A stretch of DNA of 62,277 nt, filler included, from 22 parts of 22 records of this genome joined end to end with filler, not necessarily neighbours in it; one strand, 5' to 3'; numbered from the whole stretch's first letter, positions 1-11,934 are shown. The notes: a model not told the origin generated them from the sequence alone. Made by a program: numbers and translations.

Positions 1-30
1 TTTTCGGATTTCTAAGGGGGCGGAGTATAA
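1..30 (-). repeat. REP-like dispersed repeat, copy 1 (ATACTCCGCCCCCTTAGAAATCCGAAAA)
   Basis: Near-identical to copies at 949-980, 28731-28762, 51573-51603 and 55205-55231. Confidence 0.8.
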
Positions 31-104
31 GATGGATTTTTGAGCCTTAAACGAATGTTTAAGGCTTTTTTTAATTAAATTTGTACTTGAAATTTTTCAT
101 TCGT

Positions 105-929
105 ATGGTAAACTATAATGGTGTCCTATTAGAAAAAGAATCTTGTGTATTGTCTATTCATAACAGGGGGTTTAGATATGGGGATTCTTTGTTTGAAACG
201 ATCCGAGTAAAAGAGCATAAAATCTGTTTCCTAGAAGATCATTATTTTAGATTGATGGCCTCTATGCGTATGTTACGGATGGAAATTCCAATGAATTTTA
301 CGCTAGATTATTTGGAAGGGCAAATAAGAGGTCTTATAGAGATTCTAAATCCTCAAAAAATTTCAAAAATTAGATGTACGATCTCTCGAAAAGATGGAGG
401 ACTTTACAGACCAACAAGCCAAGAAATTGATTTTTTGATTGAAGCTTTTGAAGAAGAACTTGTTAAAAAAGAAGTGTATACAGTAGATCTTTTTAAAGAT
501 TATTATGTGAGTTCGGGATTGCTTTCAACAATAAAATCATCGAATCGATTGCTCAACGTTTTGGCAAGTATTTATTCTGAAGAAAATGATTTAGACAATT
601 GTATCTTATTAAATACACAAAAAAATATTGTGGAAGCTTCCAATGCAAATGTTTTTATGGTGAATGGAAATTCAATTCAAACTCCAAAACTAATAGAGGG
701 TTGTATAAAAGGAATTTCGAGAAAGAAAGTCATTGAAATTCTTGAAAAACATCCTGATTATACTATTGAAGAAACTTCAATTTCTCCTTTCGAATTGCAA
801 AAAGCAGATGAAGTTTTCTTGACAAACGTAATGATAGGAGTTCAATCAGTAACCCATTATAGAAAGAAGAAATTCTCTACTCAAGTAGGTGTTGAATTGG
901 CTAAAGAATTGGAATCTCTTGTAAATTAA
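105..929 (+). CDS. Aminotransferase class IV (aminodeoxychorismate lyase / D-amino-acid or branched-chain aminotransferase-like)
   Basis: NRGFRYGDSLFETIR, EDHYFRL, EASNANVF, GCIKGISR and ADEVFLTN motifs. ATG 105 is preferred over TTG 81 because a TAAATTTG -7 box lies at 76-83. Confidence 0.9.
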   Translation: MVNYNGVLLEKESCVLSIHNRGFRYGDSLFETIRVKEHKICFLEDHYFRLMASMRMLRMEIPMNFTLDYLEGQIRGLIEILNPQKISKIRCTISRKDGGLYRPTSQEIDFLIEAFEEELVKKEVYTVDLFKDYYVSSGLLSTIKSSNRLLNVLASIYSEENDLDNCILLNTQKNIVEASNANVFMVNGNSIQTPKLIEGCIKGISRKKVIEILEKHPDYTIEETSISPFELQKADEVFLTNVMIGVQSVTHYRKKKFSTQVGVELAKELESLVN

Positions 930-948
930 TTAAAAAATATTTTTTAGG

Positions 949-980
949 ATACTTCGCCTCCTTAGAAACCCGAAAATTTT
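949..980 (+). repeat. REP-like dispersed repeat, copy 2 (degenerate)
   Basis: ATACTTCGCCTCCTTAGAAACCCGAAAATTTT between two convergent genes; inverted relative to copy 1. Confidence 0.75.
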
Positions 981-1011
981 AGGGAGGTATTTTTGTTGCA
1001 ACACCTTATGA

Positions 1012-1569
1012 TTAATTTAATTTAGGATCTGTGGGAGCATTTGCCCATAGCTTGTATTTTCCTCCAATTTCTAAAAGATAATCTTTCCAGAAGGAGTTAT
1101 TTTTAATATTTAAAATATTAGGATATTTATTTTCGATACAAAACCAAGAATTTGTAATTAATTCTTCATGAAGTTGGTTAGGAGACCATCCTGAATAACC
1201 TAAAAAAAAGCGAATCGTATTTTCAGAAATTTTTTGATTATTTAGTAGATCAACAAGTGTTTCAAAATGTCCTCCCCAATACAAACCATTTCCTATTTCT
1301 ATACTGCTAGGAATCAGTTCGGGTATTTTATGAATAAAATATAAATTATCTTGTTCTATAGGTCCCCCCTGATATACTACAAAATTACAATCAATTTCTG
1401 GAATCAAATCTTTTAAGGTGTAATTTAAGGGTTTGTTTAAGATAAACCCTACAGAACTATTATTGGAATGTTCCGTAAGTAAAATTACAGATCTATTGAA
1501 TGAACTGTCATTTAATATAGAAGGTTTTGCAATTAGAAGTTTTCCTTTATAAGCAGATAATGATGTCAT
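1012..1569 (-). CDS. YqgE/AlgH family protein (DUF179)
   Basis: GKLLIA, FNRSVILL, GFILNKP, GGP and RFFLGYSGW..QL..E motifs. Confidence 0.93.
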   Translation of the reverse strand: MTSLSAYKGKLLIAKPSILNDSSFNRSVILLTEHSNNSSVGFILNKPLNYTLKDLIPEIDCNFVVYQGGPIEQDNLYFIHKIPELIPSSIEIGNGLYWGGHFETLVDLLNNQKISENTIRFFLGYSGWSPNQLHEELITNSWFCIENKYPNILNIKNNSFWKDYLLEIGGKYKLWANAPTDPKLN

Positions 1570-1615
1570 TTTTATTGTTTTTGTCTATGACAAGATACTA
1601 AAAATAAGGTAATAA

Positions 1616-1646
1616 AAAAACTTCTTTGAATTTCAAAGAAGTTTTT
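1616..1646 (-). terminator. Intrinsic terminator of the HU gene
   Basis: Inverted repeat AAAAACTTCTTTGA/TCAAAGAAGTTTTT with A/T tails, just past the HU stop. Confidence 0.75.
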
Positions 1647-1668
1647 AATAAGAAATGTTTTTTATTGA

Positions 1669-1941
1669 TTAGTTTACAGAACCACTCAATCCAGCTCCTG
1701 CTTTAAACTTTACAATGTTTTTAGCGGCAATTTGAATTGTAGCTCCAGTTTGTGGATTTCTACCTTCTCTTGCGGCTCTTTTCGATACAGACCATGTACC
1801 CCATCCAACTAATGCAACTTTACCACCACTTTTAAGAGTGTTTGTTACATTGTCTGTTAAAGATTCTAATGCTGTTTTAGCAGCTGTTTTAGAAATTCCT
1901 GCATCAGCAGCCATTACGTTGATTAAATCTGATTTGTTCAT
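1669..1941 (-). CDS. hup: HU family DNA-binding protein
   Basis: MNKSDLI...VALVGWGTWSV..RAAREGRNPQTG..IQI; 90 aa. Confidence 0.96.
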   Translation of the reverse strand: MNKSDLINVMAADAGISKTAAKTALESLTDNVTNTLKSGGKVALVGWGTWSVSKRAAREGRNPQTGATIQIAAKNIVKFKAGAGLSGSVN

Positions 1942-2122
1942 AACGTTATCGTTTAAAAATTAAAAATAGGTTATATAACTTCATATACCTAAACAAATAT
2001 AATAGGAATAAGGGTTTATGCAAATTTTATGTATAAAAAAAGATACTTTTGTTAATAAAACAGCTTAGATTGTTAATAAAAAGGGATGATTTGAAAGAGT
2101 GAGGACTCAAATTCCCTATGTT

Positions 2123-3067
2123 TTAAATCATTTTTGCATCCTCTTGAAAGGAGAAACCATTGAGCAAACTAGGGCTATCCATCTTTTTTTTTCCTGATAA
2201 TTGCAATGATTTTATGCGTAAATAACCCTCCTTTACGGCAACTTTTATTGTTTTTTTATCAGAAATTATTTTGCCAATAGGATGGACATGGTTGCTTGGT
2301 TCTTTTTCAACATCATATAATTTTACAGAAGTCTCTTTTCCGTTGTTGAGCAAATTACTCCAAGCAGCTGGATATGGATTCAATCCTCGTATTTTATTAA
2401 AAATCTGATTTAAGGATTGATTCCAGTCAATTTTACAAGTAGAAGTATGAATTTTATAAGCAATTTTGACTTCTTTTTGAGGTTGTTTTTTTGTGAGAAC
2501 AAGGCCCTTTTGTATCAAGGCAACTGTATCAAGAACGAGGTCACCTCCTAAATGCATCAATTTATCATGGAGTTCACCTACAGTTTCATGTGCTCCAATA
2601 GAGGTCTCTTTTTGAAGAATAATTTTACCCGTATCAATTTTATCATCCAAGAAGAAAGTGGTGACCCCTGTTTTTGTTTCCCCATTTATAATAGCCCAAT
2701 TTATAGGAGCTGCACCTCTGTAATCAGGTAATAAAGAGGCATGTAAATTAAAAGTACCTAATTCAGGTAAGTTCCATACAACTTTAGGTAACATTCTAAA
2801 AGCAACTACTATTTGTAGGTTAGGCTGTAATGCTTTCAAATTATTTAAAAAAATAGGATCTTTTAAATAAGTAGGTTGTAATAGTTTTAAATTATTTTCG
2901 AGGGCAAACTTTTTTACGGCAGATTCGTTTCGTTTTCTTCCACGACCCGCAGGTTTATCTGGGGCGGTAACAACCCCCACTATAGTATGTTTTTCTTTTA
3001 GTAGTTTTTTTAATATGGCAACGGCAAAGTCTGGTGTTCCCATAAAAATGATTCTCAAATCTTTCAT
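2123..3067 (-). CDS. fmt: Methionyl-tRNA formyltransferase
   Basis: RIIFMGTPDFA, PDKPAGRG, NLHASLLPDYRGAAPINWAI, IRGLNPYPAAW. Confidence 0.97.
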   Translation of the reverse strand: MKDLRIIFMGTPDFAVAILKKLLKEKHTIVGVVTAPDKPAGRGRKRNESAVKKFALENNLKLLQPTYLKDPIFLNNLKALQPNLQIVVAFRMLPKVVWNLPELGTFNLHASLLPDYRGAAPINWAIINGETKTGVTTFFLDDKIDTGKIILQKETSIGAHETVGELHDKLMHLGGDLVLDTVALIQKGLVLTKKQPQKEVKIAYKIHTSTCKIDWNQSLNQIFNKIRGLNPYPAAWSNLLNNGKETSVKLYDVEKEPSNHVHPIGKIISDKKTIKVAVKEGYLRIKSLQLSGKKKMDSPSLLNGFSFQEDAKMI

Positions 3068-3076
3068 CCTATTTTA

Positions 3077-3176
3077 NNNNNNNNNNNNNNNNNNNNNNNN
3101 NNNNNNNNNNNNNNNNNNNNTTAATTAATTAANNNNNNNNNNNNNNNNNNNNNNNNNNNNNNNNNNNNNNNNNNNN
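3077..3176. other. Artificial contig spacer (N-run + TTAATTAATTAA + N-run, 100 nt); first of 21
   Basis: Identical spacers start at 3077, 5802, 8417, 10786, 13400, 15511, 19369, 25327, 28768, 31080, 33325, 35695, 38897, 41133, 43309, 45779, 47966, 51473, 55232, 57429 and 59792. TTAATTAATTAA places stops in all six frames. Confidence 0.99.
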
Positions 3177-4014
3177 TTTATTGAAGTATGAGAGGGGTAT
3201 TTTGGGGTTTTGAGTGTTAAACTACAATTTTTATCTTACGTTTTGGTGGGGTGGGTTGGGTTCGAAACAACCTTTTTGCATTTTATTATACCGTTGAGAC
3301 GACTCTGAGAACCACAGGTCATGTACAATAGAGGAAAGCGTTTCACTTTTGTTTTCTCATCCAAACTTTCACTTAATTGCGTATTTACTAATGGCTCGAT
3401 CATTCTGGCATGGAAAAATTGTTTTTGCTCGTTGTGGACTGTTTCAGAAAAATATTAGAGGAAGTAGAACAATAATTATAGTAAATTTGGGCCGATCCTG
3501 AGCCGTGTATACTCATATTTGAGTACATGTCTGTTGTTGACACCATTTCTATCCTTTTTGTCTTTGAAAGCGAGTCTCAATTTAGGTACGAGCTAAATCA
3601 CATGAAAGTGGATTTAAGAAAACTCAAACCCAAACTTGCAGGTTTATTGGTTTGGATTAGTGTAATTTTTCACAATCCAGTTTGAAATCGATTTCACTTG
3701 GATCTAAAATTGGAATCAAACACAAAAATGTTAGAAATGGTGCCAATAATAGGTATGTACAGTAACAAATGTTTAATGCTGAAATATTGGTATACACCCT
3801 GGCCCAATTTTTCTATAATTGTTCTACATCCCCATGGGACGAAGAAAAACAAATTAGTGAATATCCAATTTAGAAGTTTAGAAATTTAGAAATTTAGAAA
3901 ACAATTTTATTCTGAGTATTTCTAAAGAAACTTTACAATTTCGAACACCAGGACACTTTTTAAAAAAATGAACCTTTCAATTTCTACTTATTTAATTGGG
4001 TGTTCTCTAATCAG

Positions 4015-4209
4015 ATGTTGAGCTCTTCCTCAACAAAACATCGTGGTGCTCAGTCATCAGCGACGTCATCGTCCTCATCGACTCACTGTTTACAATGCCA
4101 ATGCCCTCAGTTTGTTCCTGATCGGTGGAAAACTCATATATGCCAAAATTGCAGGCACTCAAATAAGGCACATCATAATACCACCGGTACCGGACCATCT
4201 TACAATGAT
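4015..4209 (+). CDS. Eukaryotic exon with a Cys/His zinc-binding-like motif
   Basis: Bounded by TCAG| and |GTACGT; encodes CLQCQCPQFVPDRWKTHICQNCRHSNKAH. Confidence 0.5.
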
Positions 4210-6738
4210 GTACGTCAATACATGTATACATATATGTTCGAAGTTCAAACATATGTCAATTTCCCTCATCATGGGGCATACTCTGTGAATTGTGTTGCAC
4301 GGCGCCAAAAAAAACCAGATCGTTTTTTCAAAATTCAAACTTTTAGGGGTTGTGGTGTGGGTGGAGGTGGGTGGGGTGCTTGAATAAATTTGGTGCGTGT
4401 TTTATATTATTTGCTCATGTGGCTCGGTAAAAGTGGCAAAAATATTTGTTTTAATCCACGGGCGAAAATTATGTGGCTAGAATTTCCCGTTTTTGTTTTT
4501 TTTAAATAATTTGTGCAAAATATTTAATTGTGGAAGAGCTTATGCAAAAAGAAGTGAATGATTCCATTGGGTCTTTTATTTTTATTTGTTTAAAAAAATA
4601 TTTACAATGTCTAATATTTTTTGCACAAAATAAAACTGTGCTGTACAACACAGAAAAACGAAAAAATAAATTCTTCCTTACAACGCACCAAAAAAATATA
4701 TGTCCGTTTTTGCTTTCGTTTCCAATATTTTTTTTATCGTCTGTCTGGTTTGTATTTCTAGTACATAAAAACAGAGTTTGTCCCATAATGAATATGACGT
4801 TCGTCTGAGAACATGATTTTCAAGTTTGATGTATTTGCTGGATCGAAAAAATACAGTTTTGAAATTGTTCTCTTTTGGTGTGCAGCTGCCACCTCTTGTA
4901 TTTGTTAAAGCGAAAACAAATGTTCTAAAAGTAGTTATCACATCAAATTTATCTTTCCAGATCGCACAAATTATTTTCGTAGTATAACCCGTGTGCCTTT
5001 CCCTACTGAGCAATTTATTTTAGTTTTTATTTTCAAAACATACTGTAGTTATGTATGGAAAAGTTCACATTTGTAATTTGGTAAAGTATCTAGGTCTAGA
5101 AAGTTAATATAATGTGTCGTTTTTGGGTGTTATTTTGACATATGCAGCTTGCCACCAGGATGGAATAAATTTGAAAATTGAGTTTTAATCGTCAGTAAAT
5201 ATGTACTCGTGAAAAATAGTGCTAACACGATTAGTGTTGAGAAAACACCACCGTTATGTGATCAAAAACAATGGATTAAAAACGTGTTTTTTGACATGTG
5301 GTTGGTTGGTTGTCGGTGCCTTTTATGCTGTTGATTTTTGTTTTTTTATCTTTCGTATCTTTCGTATCTTTCGGCTGTTGCCCACAACAACGTGATTTTC
5401 AATGTGTTGTATGACACCACAAGATAATGAGAATCATTATACGTAACATGGACAACTTTTTGTTGGGACGTTGATATTTTGAAGTTTTTTTTCACGTTCG
5501 AGCAATTGTGCGGATGTGCGTGTGTGTTTTTTTGTGTGTGTTTTTTGAACAGCTGAGTGTGTAAAATAGTTGACTGGACAAGTTTTCTCACTCGTGCATT
5601 CATAATTTCGGCGAAATAACACGATGTATTTTTTTGGAAAAATCCCAATATGAGAACGGCGTTTTCAAAACAAACACATTTTTTTTTGTTGAATGGATGG
5701 GGGCTGTGTGTAAGATCCACTAAAAATTGATGTGATGTTTTCACATTTTTTGATGAACGTCATGTGATTATAAATTCAATTCCCAATCTCGGGGTTAAAC
5801 TNNNNNNNNNNNNNNNNNNNNNNNNNNNNNNNNNNNNNNNNNNNNTTAATTAATTAANNNNNNNNNNNNNNNNNNNNNNNNNNNNNNNNNNNNNNNNNNN
5901 NACAAAAACGTAATTGCTGCAAAAAGATATTATTGGAATCAAAACTGTGTTTCGATGCCTAACAGGCGAGGAGAGGCAAAAAGTGCAAAACTAGGAAATG
6001 TCGAGTTAAGCTTTGGAAAAGTTTTAATTTTGAGTTCATCTGCTTCGCTCACGCGAGTGAAAAAATGCTGCCGACAAGAAGATACAACGCGCCCCCCAAC
6101 ATTGAGCGCGTCAAAACCACGAGGGAGACGTCCACAGCTAACACAGGTCACTTTCCCAAGCAATCAACAAAAAAACAAAGACAGGCGAGTGCGATTGCAC
6201 ACAAATCTACACTTTTCCGTAACACAGAAGTGATTTTGCCGACCTCGTGTACACAGTGGAGTGGTTTGGTGGCTGCTTGTTCTGGGATCACGCACGAAAT
6301 AACATTCTGCGGAAGTGCGTCACGCATCAAAAGTTGAAAGCGCGTGCCGTGGGTGGGAAATCCACCACACAATGACATTTCGCTTGAAAGTGAAAACCCA
6401 CCACAGAAAGAATGACAAGCTGTGACAAGCTGTCACAAAAAAATGAAAACTAGCCACAAAAAATACACCCCAAAAAGATTCACTAAAAATAGCGTTCGTG
6501 ATGCCCAAGTTGATACTTTTAATGAACAATGGTAGGGCGTTTTTCAAGAAAATGCTATTTTTGGTCGTGCTGTTTTGTTCCATTCGCTGAAATTGTGATT
6601 CCATTTTGGATTGCTGCTTTTCGCCGCCATTTCCGGCAACGTTCTTTGTGCCCCACCAAAAACCAAAGCAAACGACACCCCCTGGCGTGTCAGCAAAAGT
6701 TGACAAAAGCTGGAGAGAATATTGCCTTCTCTCCAGCA

Positions 6739-7006
6739 ATATGAAAATTTTCGTTTGGGGTACTACAGGATTGGCCTGGTCCCATAGTTCTGTATGTGTG
6801 GCCCAAAATCTACGCTTTGGGCCTTGTAAAACAAAAATGTGCGAGATTGCATTATTTTTCGCATTTGCCACGTCACAATGACGTCATATTTGCAATATGT
6901 TCGATTTTTCCCAACCACGCATTTGCAAAGTTATGGTAGTTATGCAAACATGAACCAGGCCAAATTCGCAAAGGGGATGTAATACCCCAAACAAAAATTT
7001 TCATAT
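6739..7006. mobile_element. MITE/foldback-like element with ~45-50 bp terminal inverted repeats
   Basis: ATATGAAAATTTTCGTTTGGGGTACTAC...TTGGCCTGGT at 6739-6780 is inverted at 6954-7006. Confidence 0.55.
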
Positions 7007-7196
7007 ATTTTTCGGCAGCGTAAAAAAGGCCCTGTGCAGAACACTGCGCTGAGCACGCTCGCGAGGGGGATTTTAATTTCTGGTCCATTGACCGTGTTAC
7101 GGAAAGACTTTTTTTCTCGATCTAGTGTTTTTGAGTTTGATTTGTGTTGTTCTTGAATGAAATGACCATCCTTTTTGTGATTTGTGTGTGTTGTAG

Positions 7197-8182
7197 ATGG
7201 TGGATGCCGTGCCGCCTGCCAGTGGGCGTTCTCTTGACAAGGCGGAAAGTGAGCAGGCGCAAAAGATGCAACGGGTTCCAGGTGAGAATTTCTCACAGCC
7301 CGCAAGGACGAAATCGCGAGAAGCGAAACTTTTTTGCATGTCACCTAGCTGGATGGACAAAGAAACCACGCTGAGCTTGAAATGATTTTCATGATTTTTC
7401 ACAAACCATTGACAACCGAAAATTTTTATTTGGGGTATTACAAAATCTTTGTGATTTTGGCCTGGTTTGGACTTGTTTACATGTGCACGTTGTCGCAATT
7501 GTGTGTTTTCTGAAAAAATCCAAATAGCCTCACAATCGCATCGTGCTTGCGGAAGGAGCGCGAGGTCACAGAAATTTTATCAGGTTTTTGATGAAAAGAG
7601 TCGAAGATAGTGCTATACCGCATGAAATATCTGTGGTGCTCACGGCACTTGCAAGGTGAAATTACACGATTGGCCTGGTCCCATTATTTTCGCTGTCATG
7701 TTGTCGCAATCGGACTTTTCTCAACTTTCGCAATTACAACGTCATTTTGGTCATGCGAAGGCAACCAGACCAAACTTGTAAAGGTTTTGTAACACCCCAA
7801 ATGAAAATTTTCAGGTTCACAAACATGTTTTTGCCAGGTTGAGGTGACAGATGAATGCATGAGCTCCTAACCTCCCAATAAATTTTAAACCAGCCTTTTC
7901 TTGAAGCCGAAAATGAACACCCATTTTCAACGGTGTTTTTGCTCCTGTTAGGCATATCGACTTGGGATACGGCAAGAGCAAAAGAGTGGTGGGAGATCAA
8001 GCAGGAGTATCCTCCTTGGAATGTTCGCAAAGGTGCCGTCATTGATGGAGACTATCTTGTGAATGCGAAATATGAAGTTCTCGTTGACATGGGTCTGAAG
8101 CCATCTGATGCAAATGATGCTTTTACGAAAATTAAGAAGCTTGCTGCCGCAGAAAAGGTTACCTCAAAATCAGAAGCCTCAG
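7197..8182 (+). CDS. Eukaryotic spliced gene fragment with SAM-domain-like exon (exons 7197-7281 and 7952-8182)
   Basis: Phase-compatible G|GTGAG ... TTAG|GC junction. The second exon reads ISTWDTARAKEWW...IDGDYLV...LVDMGLK...IKKL, a SAM-like pattern. Confidence 0.55.
7418..7812. mobile_element. Second copy of the same MITE/foldback-like family, inside an intron
   Basis: GAAAATTTTTATTTGGGGTATTAC...TTGGCCTGGT at 7418-7466 is inverted at 7764-7812. Confidence 0.55.
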
Positions 8183-8516
8183 GTGAGGATATTTTCTTGT
8201 TACGTGGTGCACGAGGTTGGCAGTGGTGAAGGGAAGAAATCGTACTGATTGCCAGAAAAAGAGTTGACTTGTGTTTGCGATTTTGTCCATGAAAATTTTT
8301 TGATGTACTCTAATCGGTAGGGACACAAGTGGGGTGGTGAAGGAAAAAACCACCCAAGTCACCTCGACCCGGTTTTGATCTGAGATGTGTTTACCGACTA
8401 CACAACCAAGGGACTTNNNNNNNNNNNNNNNNNNNNNNNNNNNNNNNNNNNNNNNNNNNNTTAATTAATTAANNNNNNNNNNNNNNNNNNNNNNNNNNNN
8501 NNNNNNNNNNNNNNNN

Positions 8517-9347
8517 GGGTAAAATTTCTGTTTGAAAGTTCAACCCTAAATTTTCTGTCATCGTTAAAATAAACATCAAGATTCCTCCAATTAAAGGACC
8601 AATAAAAGGAATCAAATTGAGTAAAGCACATATAAACGCAATAACTACGGCATTTTCTATTCCAAATATTAAAAGTACAATCGTGTAAATAACAAATAAA
8701 ATAGTGATTTGAAAGACCAAACCGATAAAGTATCTTGACAAGAGTTCTTTGATGGTTTCAATAGATTTTGAAACTCTTTTTTCTTTGGAATTGGGGATTA
8801 GGGTAAAGAAACTGTTGTGTACTATTTGATTGTCTTTCATCAAGAAAAAAGAAATAAATAAAACAGAAAATAAGCCTATCGTAATAGACCCTATTCCGCC
8901 TAAAATAGTATTGAAAATATCTGGAAGGTTTTTAAAATGGGAAAGTAAATCCAAACTTTTTAGGGAGTCAAAAACATTGATTTCTTTGTCTAAAAAATAG
9001 GTGTTGATTTGATGGAACAATCGTTCGATATCGCTTTTGAATTCTACCGTGTTTAATAAGGATAAGTTTTCTCCTTGTTTCAAAACTAAAGGAATAAACA
9101 TATTGATCAATCCAAATAGCAAAAGGACAAAAATGGACATGGTAATAATTACTGCGATAAGATTTGGTAGTTTTAATTTGTGTTTTAAAAAACTAAGACT
9201 AGGTCTGGCAATTAAGCTAAGTACTGTAGCGATAGCAAGATATGCTAATACCGACTTAATTGTGTATAAAAACAACAAAAACAACAAAGTGCCTGTTACA
9301 ATAAGTAAAGCCCTGATAATTCCGTTTGCAATTGTTTTAGAATTCAT
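8517..9347 (-). CDS. AI-2E family transporter (3' end truncated by contig end)
   Basis: Multi-TM protein with ISFFLMKD, LSRYFIG and LLNLIPFIGPLIG motifs. Confidence 0.9.
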
Positions 9348-9541
9348 CATTTTTTTGTTTGCATTGTTTTATTGTTGACAAAGATAAGATAGTTTAGATA
9401 TATTTATTGTATGTTTTTAAGGTTACAAATGTCTCCGTTTAGGAAAGTCCTGTAATGGTGGAAAGTTTATCAGTAATAAACTTCACAAGACCTTTGTTAG
9501 AGGCTACAAGAACTTCAAAAATCGAATTAGATAAAGATATC

Positions 9542-10771
9542 TTATTTTTTTATTTCAACGACAGCTCCATTGCTAGGAGTCCAAATATTCAAATTTGAAG
9601 GGATTTGAAAAGTGTTTTTATTTGAAACTTCGTGAACCTCCATCACGTTTTCAACAATAATCGTCCTGCATTCAATTTTCTCTTCACTCACAAAAATCCA
9701 TTTTATTTGATTGAATTTTCCAGAATTTCGTGTCCAAGGTTTGGTATCGTCATCAGCTCTTAAAGGAGCTCCCCAACAACCTTCACCAACATATACGGTT
9801 CCTTTTTGATCTTCTCTTATAAAACCTTCTGTACTGCCTTTTTGAATACTAGGTTTTAGAGGCCAGGTAGTTTTTACAGTATGAGCATCACATTCTACAA
9901 CCAATCTTATATTATTTTCATAAAAAAGTTGTGCCCAGTTTAAATATTGTCCGTTCCCTTCTTTCTTTTTTGCAACATGAGGACGCATAGGTTTGTGATA
10001 TTGAGCACTTTTCCAAATAGTATTTTGATGTTTTTTGAAGTCGTTTTTCAACCATTCTGTTTGTTTTCCTTGTATAGGTATTTCGCTATTTAAAGTGTAT
10101 GTTCGGATTAGGTTTTTACCAAAAGTGATGGCGTAATAGACTTCTTTAGAAGGGGTGTCAAACAAATTGTAAATAGAGGCATTTTCTTTTTCATGATTGC
10201 CACGAGCTGCCATAATTGGAAACATTCTTCCATCAATGGCGATTGTCAATTGCCAATCATCCATCCAAGTATTCCATTGAGAAGCAAGATCTCCAGAAGT
10301 CATATCACCACCAAATAAAACCGCATGTGGTTTTAATTTGGAAACGATTTTATTTGCTTGTTGTCTAGGTATTCTGTTGTTTCTTGAATCTCCTCCTGCA
10401 ATAAATGATAATTTCTCGTTTGTATCAGGAGCCGTTTTAAACCAAAATCTTTTGCTAGTCCCTTCATTATCTTTGATGACAAAATAATAGGCCGTATGAG
10501 GTTTTAAATTTTCCAACCTTGCAAAGTGGTTGTTCATTTTTTTAAAATCAATAGCCCTATCTGGATTATGACTGTATTTGTATTTTGAGAAATCAGTACC
10601 ATAATCTGTTTCACCGTAATAAATAACAGGATTCGTACCAGAAATTTGATTCCAACATACAACAATTGAAGTTGCAGGATTAGTTCTAATTGTTAATCTA
10701 TACTTATCGGTTTTAGCATTTGTAAATGTAAAAGATAATAGAAGTACCAAGGCAAAAATATTTTTTTTCAT
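9542..10771 (-). CDS. Secreted purple-acid-phosphatase-like metallophosphoesterase with N-terminal FN3-like domain
   Basis: Signal peptide; GGDSR, GGDM, RGNHE, YHKP and DAH metal-ligand motifs. Confidence 0.85.
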   Translation of the reverse strand: MKKNIFALVLLLSFTFTNAKTDKYRLTIRTNPATSIVVCWNQISGTNPVIYYGETDYGTDFSKYKYSHNPDRAIDFKKMNNHFARLENLKPHTAYYFVIKDNEGTSKRFWFKTAPDTNEKLSFIAGGDSRNNRIPRQQANKIVSKLKPHAVLFGGDMTSGDLASQWNTWMDDWQLTIAIDGRMFPIMAARGNHEKENASIYNLFDTPSKEVYYAITFGKNLIRTYTLNSEIPIQGKQTEWLKNDFKKHQNTIWKSAQYHKPMRPHVAKKKEGNGQYLNWAQLFYENNIRLVVECDAHTVKTTWPLKPSIQKGSTEGFIREDQKGTVYVGEGCWGAPLRADDDTKPWTRNSGKFNQIKWIFVSEEKIECRTIIVENVMEVHEVSNKNTFQIPSNLNIWTPSNGAVVEIKK

Positions 10772-10773
10772 GT

Positions 10774-10785
10774 AGATCGGAAGAG
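10774..10785 (+). other. Illumina adapter remnant
   Basis: AGATCGGAAGAG at the contig end. Others at 25304-25326, 33302-33324, 43409-43430 (reverse), 57410-57428 and 59771-59791. Confidence 0.95.
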
Positions 10786-11236
10786 NNNNNNNNNNNNNNN
10801 NNNNNNNNNNNNNNNNNNNNNNNNNNNNNTTAATTAATTAANNNNNNNNNNNNNNNNNNNNNNNNNNNNNNNNNNNNNNNNNNNNTTAACCAACTTTATC
10901 AAAGCATACGAGACTTAGTGGAAACATTCTTTGGTGTAAGTTTTGAAACGCGACAAATAATTATATGCGAAATTACATTCGACTTATGTGCTGTGTTCTT
11001 CTCAAGGGAACGTTTTTTGAAAATCAATTTTAAAAAAAATAACCGTTCGATTAACCGTTAAAAAAACAGATGTAAACGGTTAACAGTTACCATGTCTAAT
11101 GTGATTTTGACGTTTATTTTTTGCATCTTTATTTATATAAAAAAGTTTGAGCAGTGACAAAATTTGCACTGCTAGAGCAATAAATCAAATTAAAAAAAAC
11201 CAAAACACTACAATACCATTAACAAATTCAACATAC

Positions 11237-11734
11237 TTTAGAGCTTCACACCATTGTCGAAACACAGAATCATCTGCTTCATTTGGATATTTTCCATTTT
11301 TCGACTTTTTCATATCTTTCAAAACACCATGGATTGAATTTAAATCACCTAATTTCTACATAAGCAAATACACACAAAATATAATCAACGAGGTTTGGGA
11401 TGATTAATGCATTGTAGACAAATTACGCTTTTGAGACTAATTTAATAAAACTATATAATCGACAAAAATTTGTGTCTTAAAATTTGGACTTTGACGAGAA
11501 AAAAACGATAAAATTCACATGCAAAAACGATACCCTAAATCTTCAAACAAATTTTCAAATTTGTTTACATACTCTTATTGCTTCATCAGCGCTGATTTCC
11601 CCGCGCAAAACCATTGTCATATCTTTTGTCACCTCGTCGTCCTCTGACCGTTTTAAAATTATATCTTCATCACGCAACAATCGACGCACATTGTCCACAT
11701 GGTGGAGAGAGTGTGCGAGAATTATTTTTGCTTC
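11237..11734 (-). CDS. Eukaryotic multi-exon gene fragment, unknown product (exons ~11573-11734 and ~11237-11355)
   Basis: Open segments bounded by TAG| and |GTATGT: EAKIILAHSLHHVDNVRRLLRDEDII... and KLGDLNSIHGVLKDMKK... Confidence 0.45.
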
Positions 11735-11934
11735 CTATAAAACAAACACAAACCATTAACATACTTCATATCAATGAACAATACGACACTCCACCGTACA
11801 TGTACGGTCTAAATGAATCGTAAAACCAAAAAACAAGAATCCCATAATTGAATCGTAAAACCAAAAAAAACTTTTAAAACACAAAATTCCTGCTGATCGC
11901 AGAAAAAACACCCAAACGACCGTAAACAACAAAA

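Noticed and set aside
3121-3132. Regularly recurring TTAATTAATTAA palindrome
   Set aside because: Always embedded in N-runs of fixed total length; an artificial contig linker.
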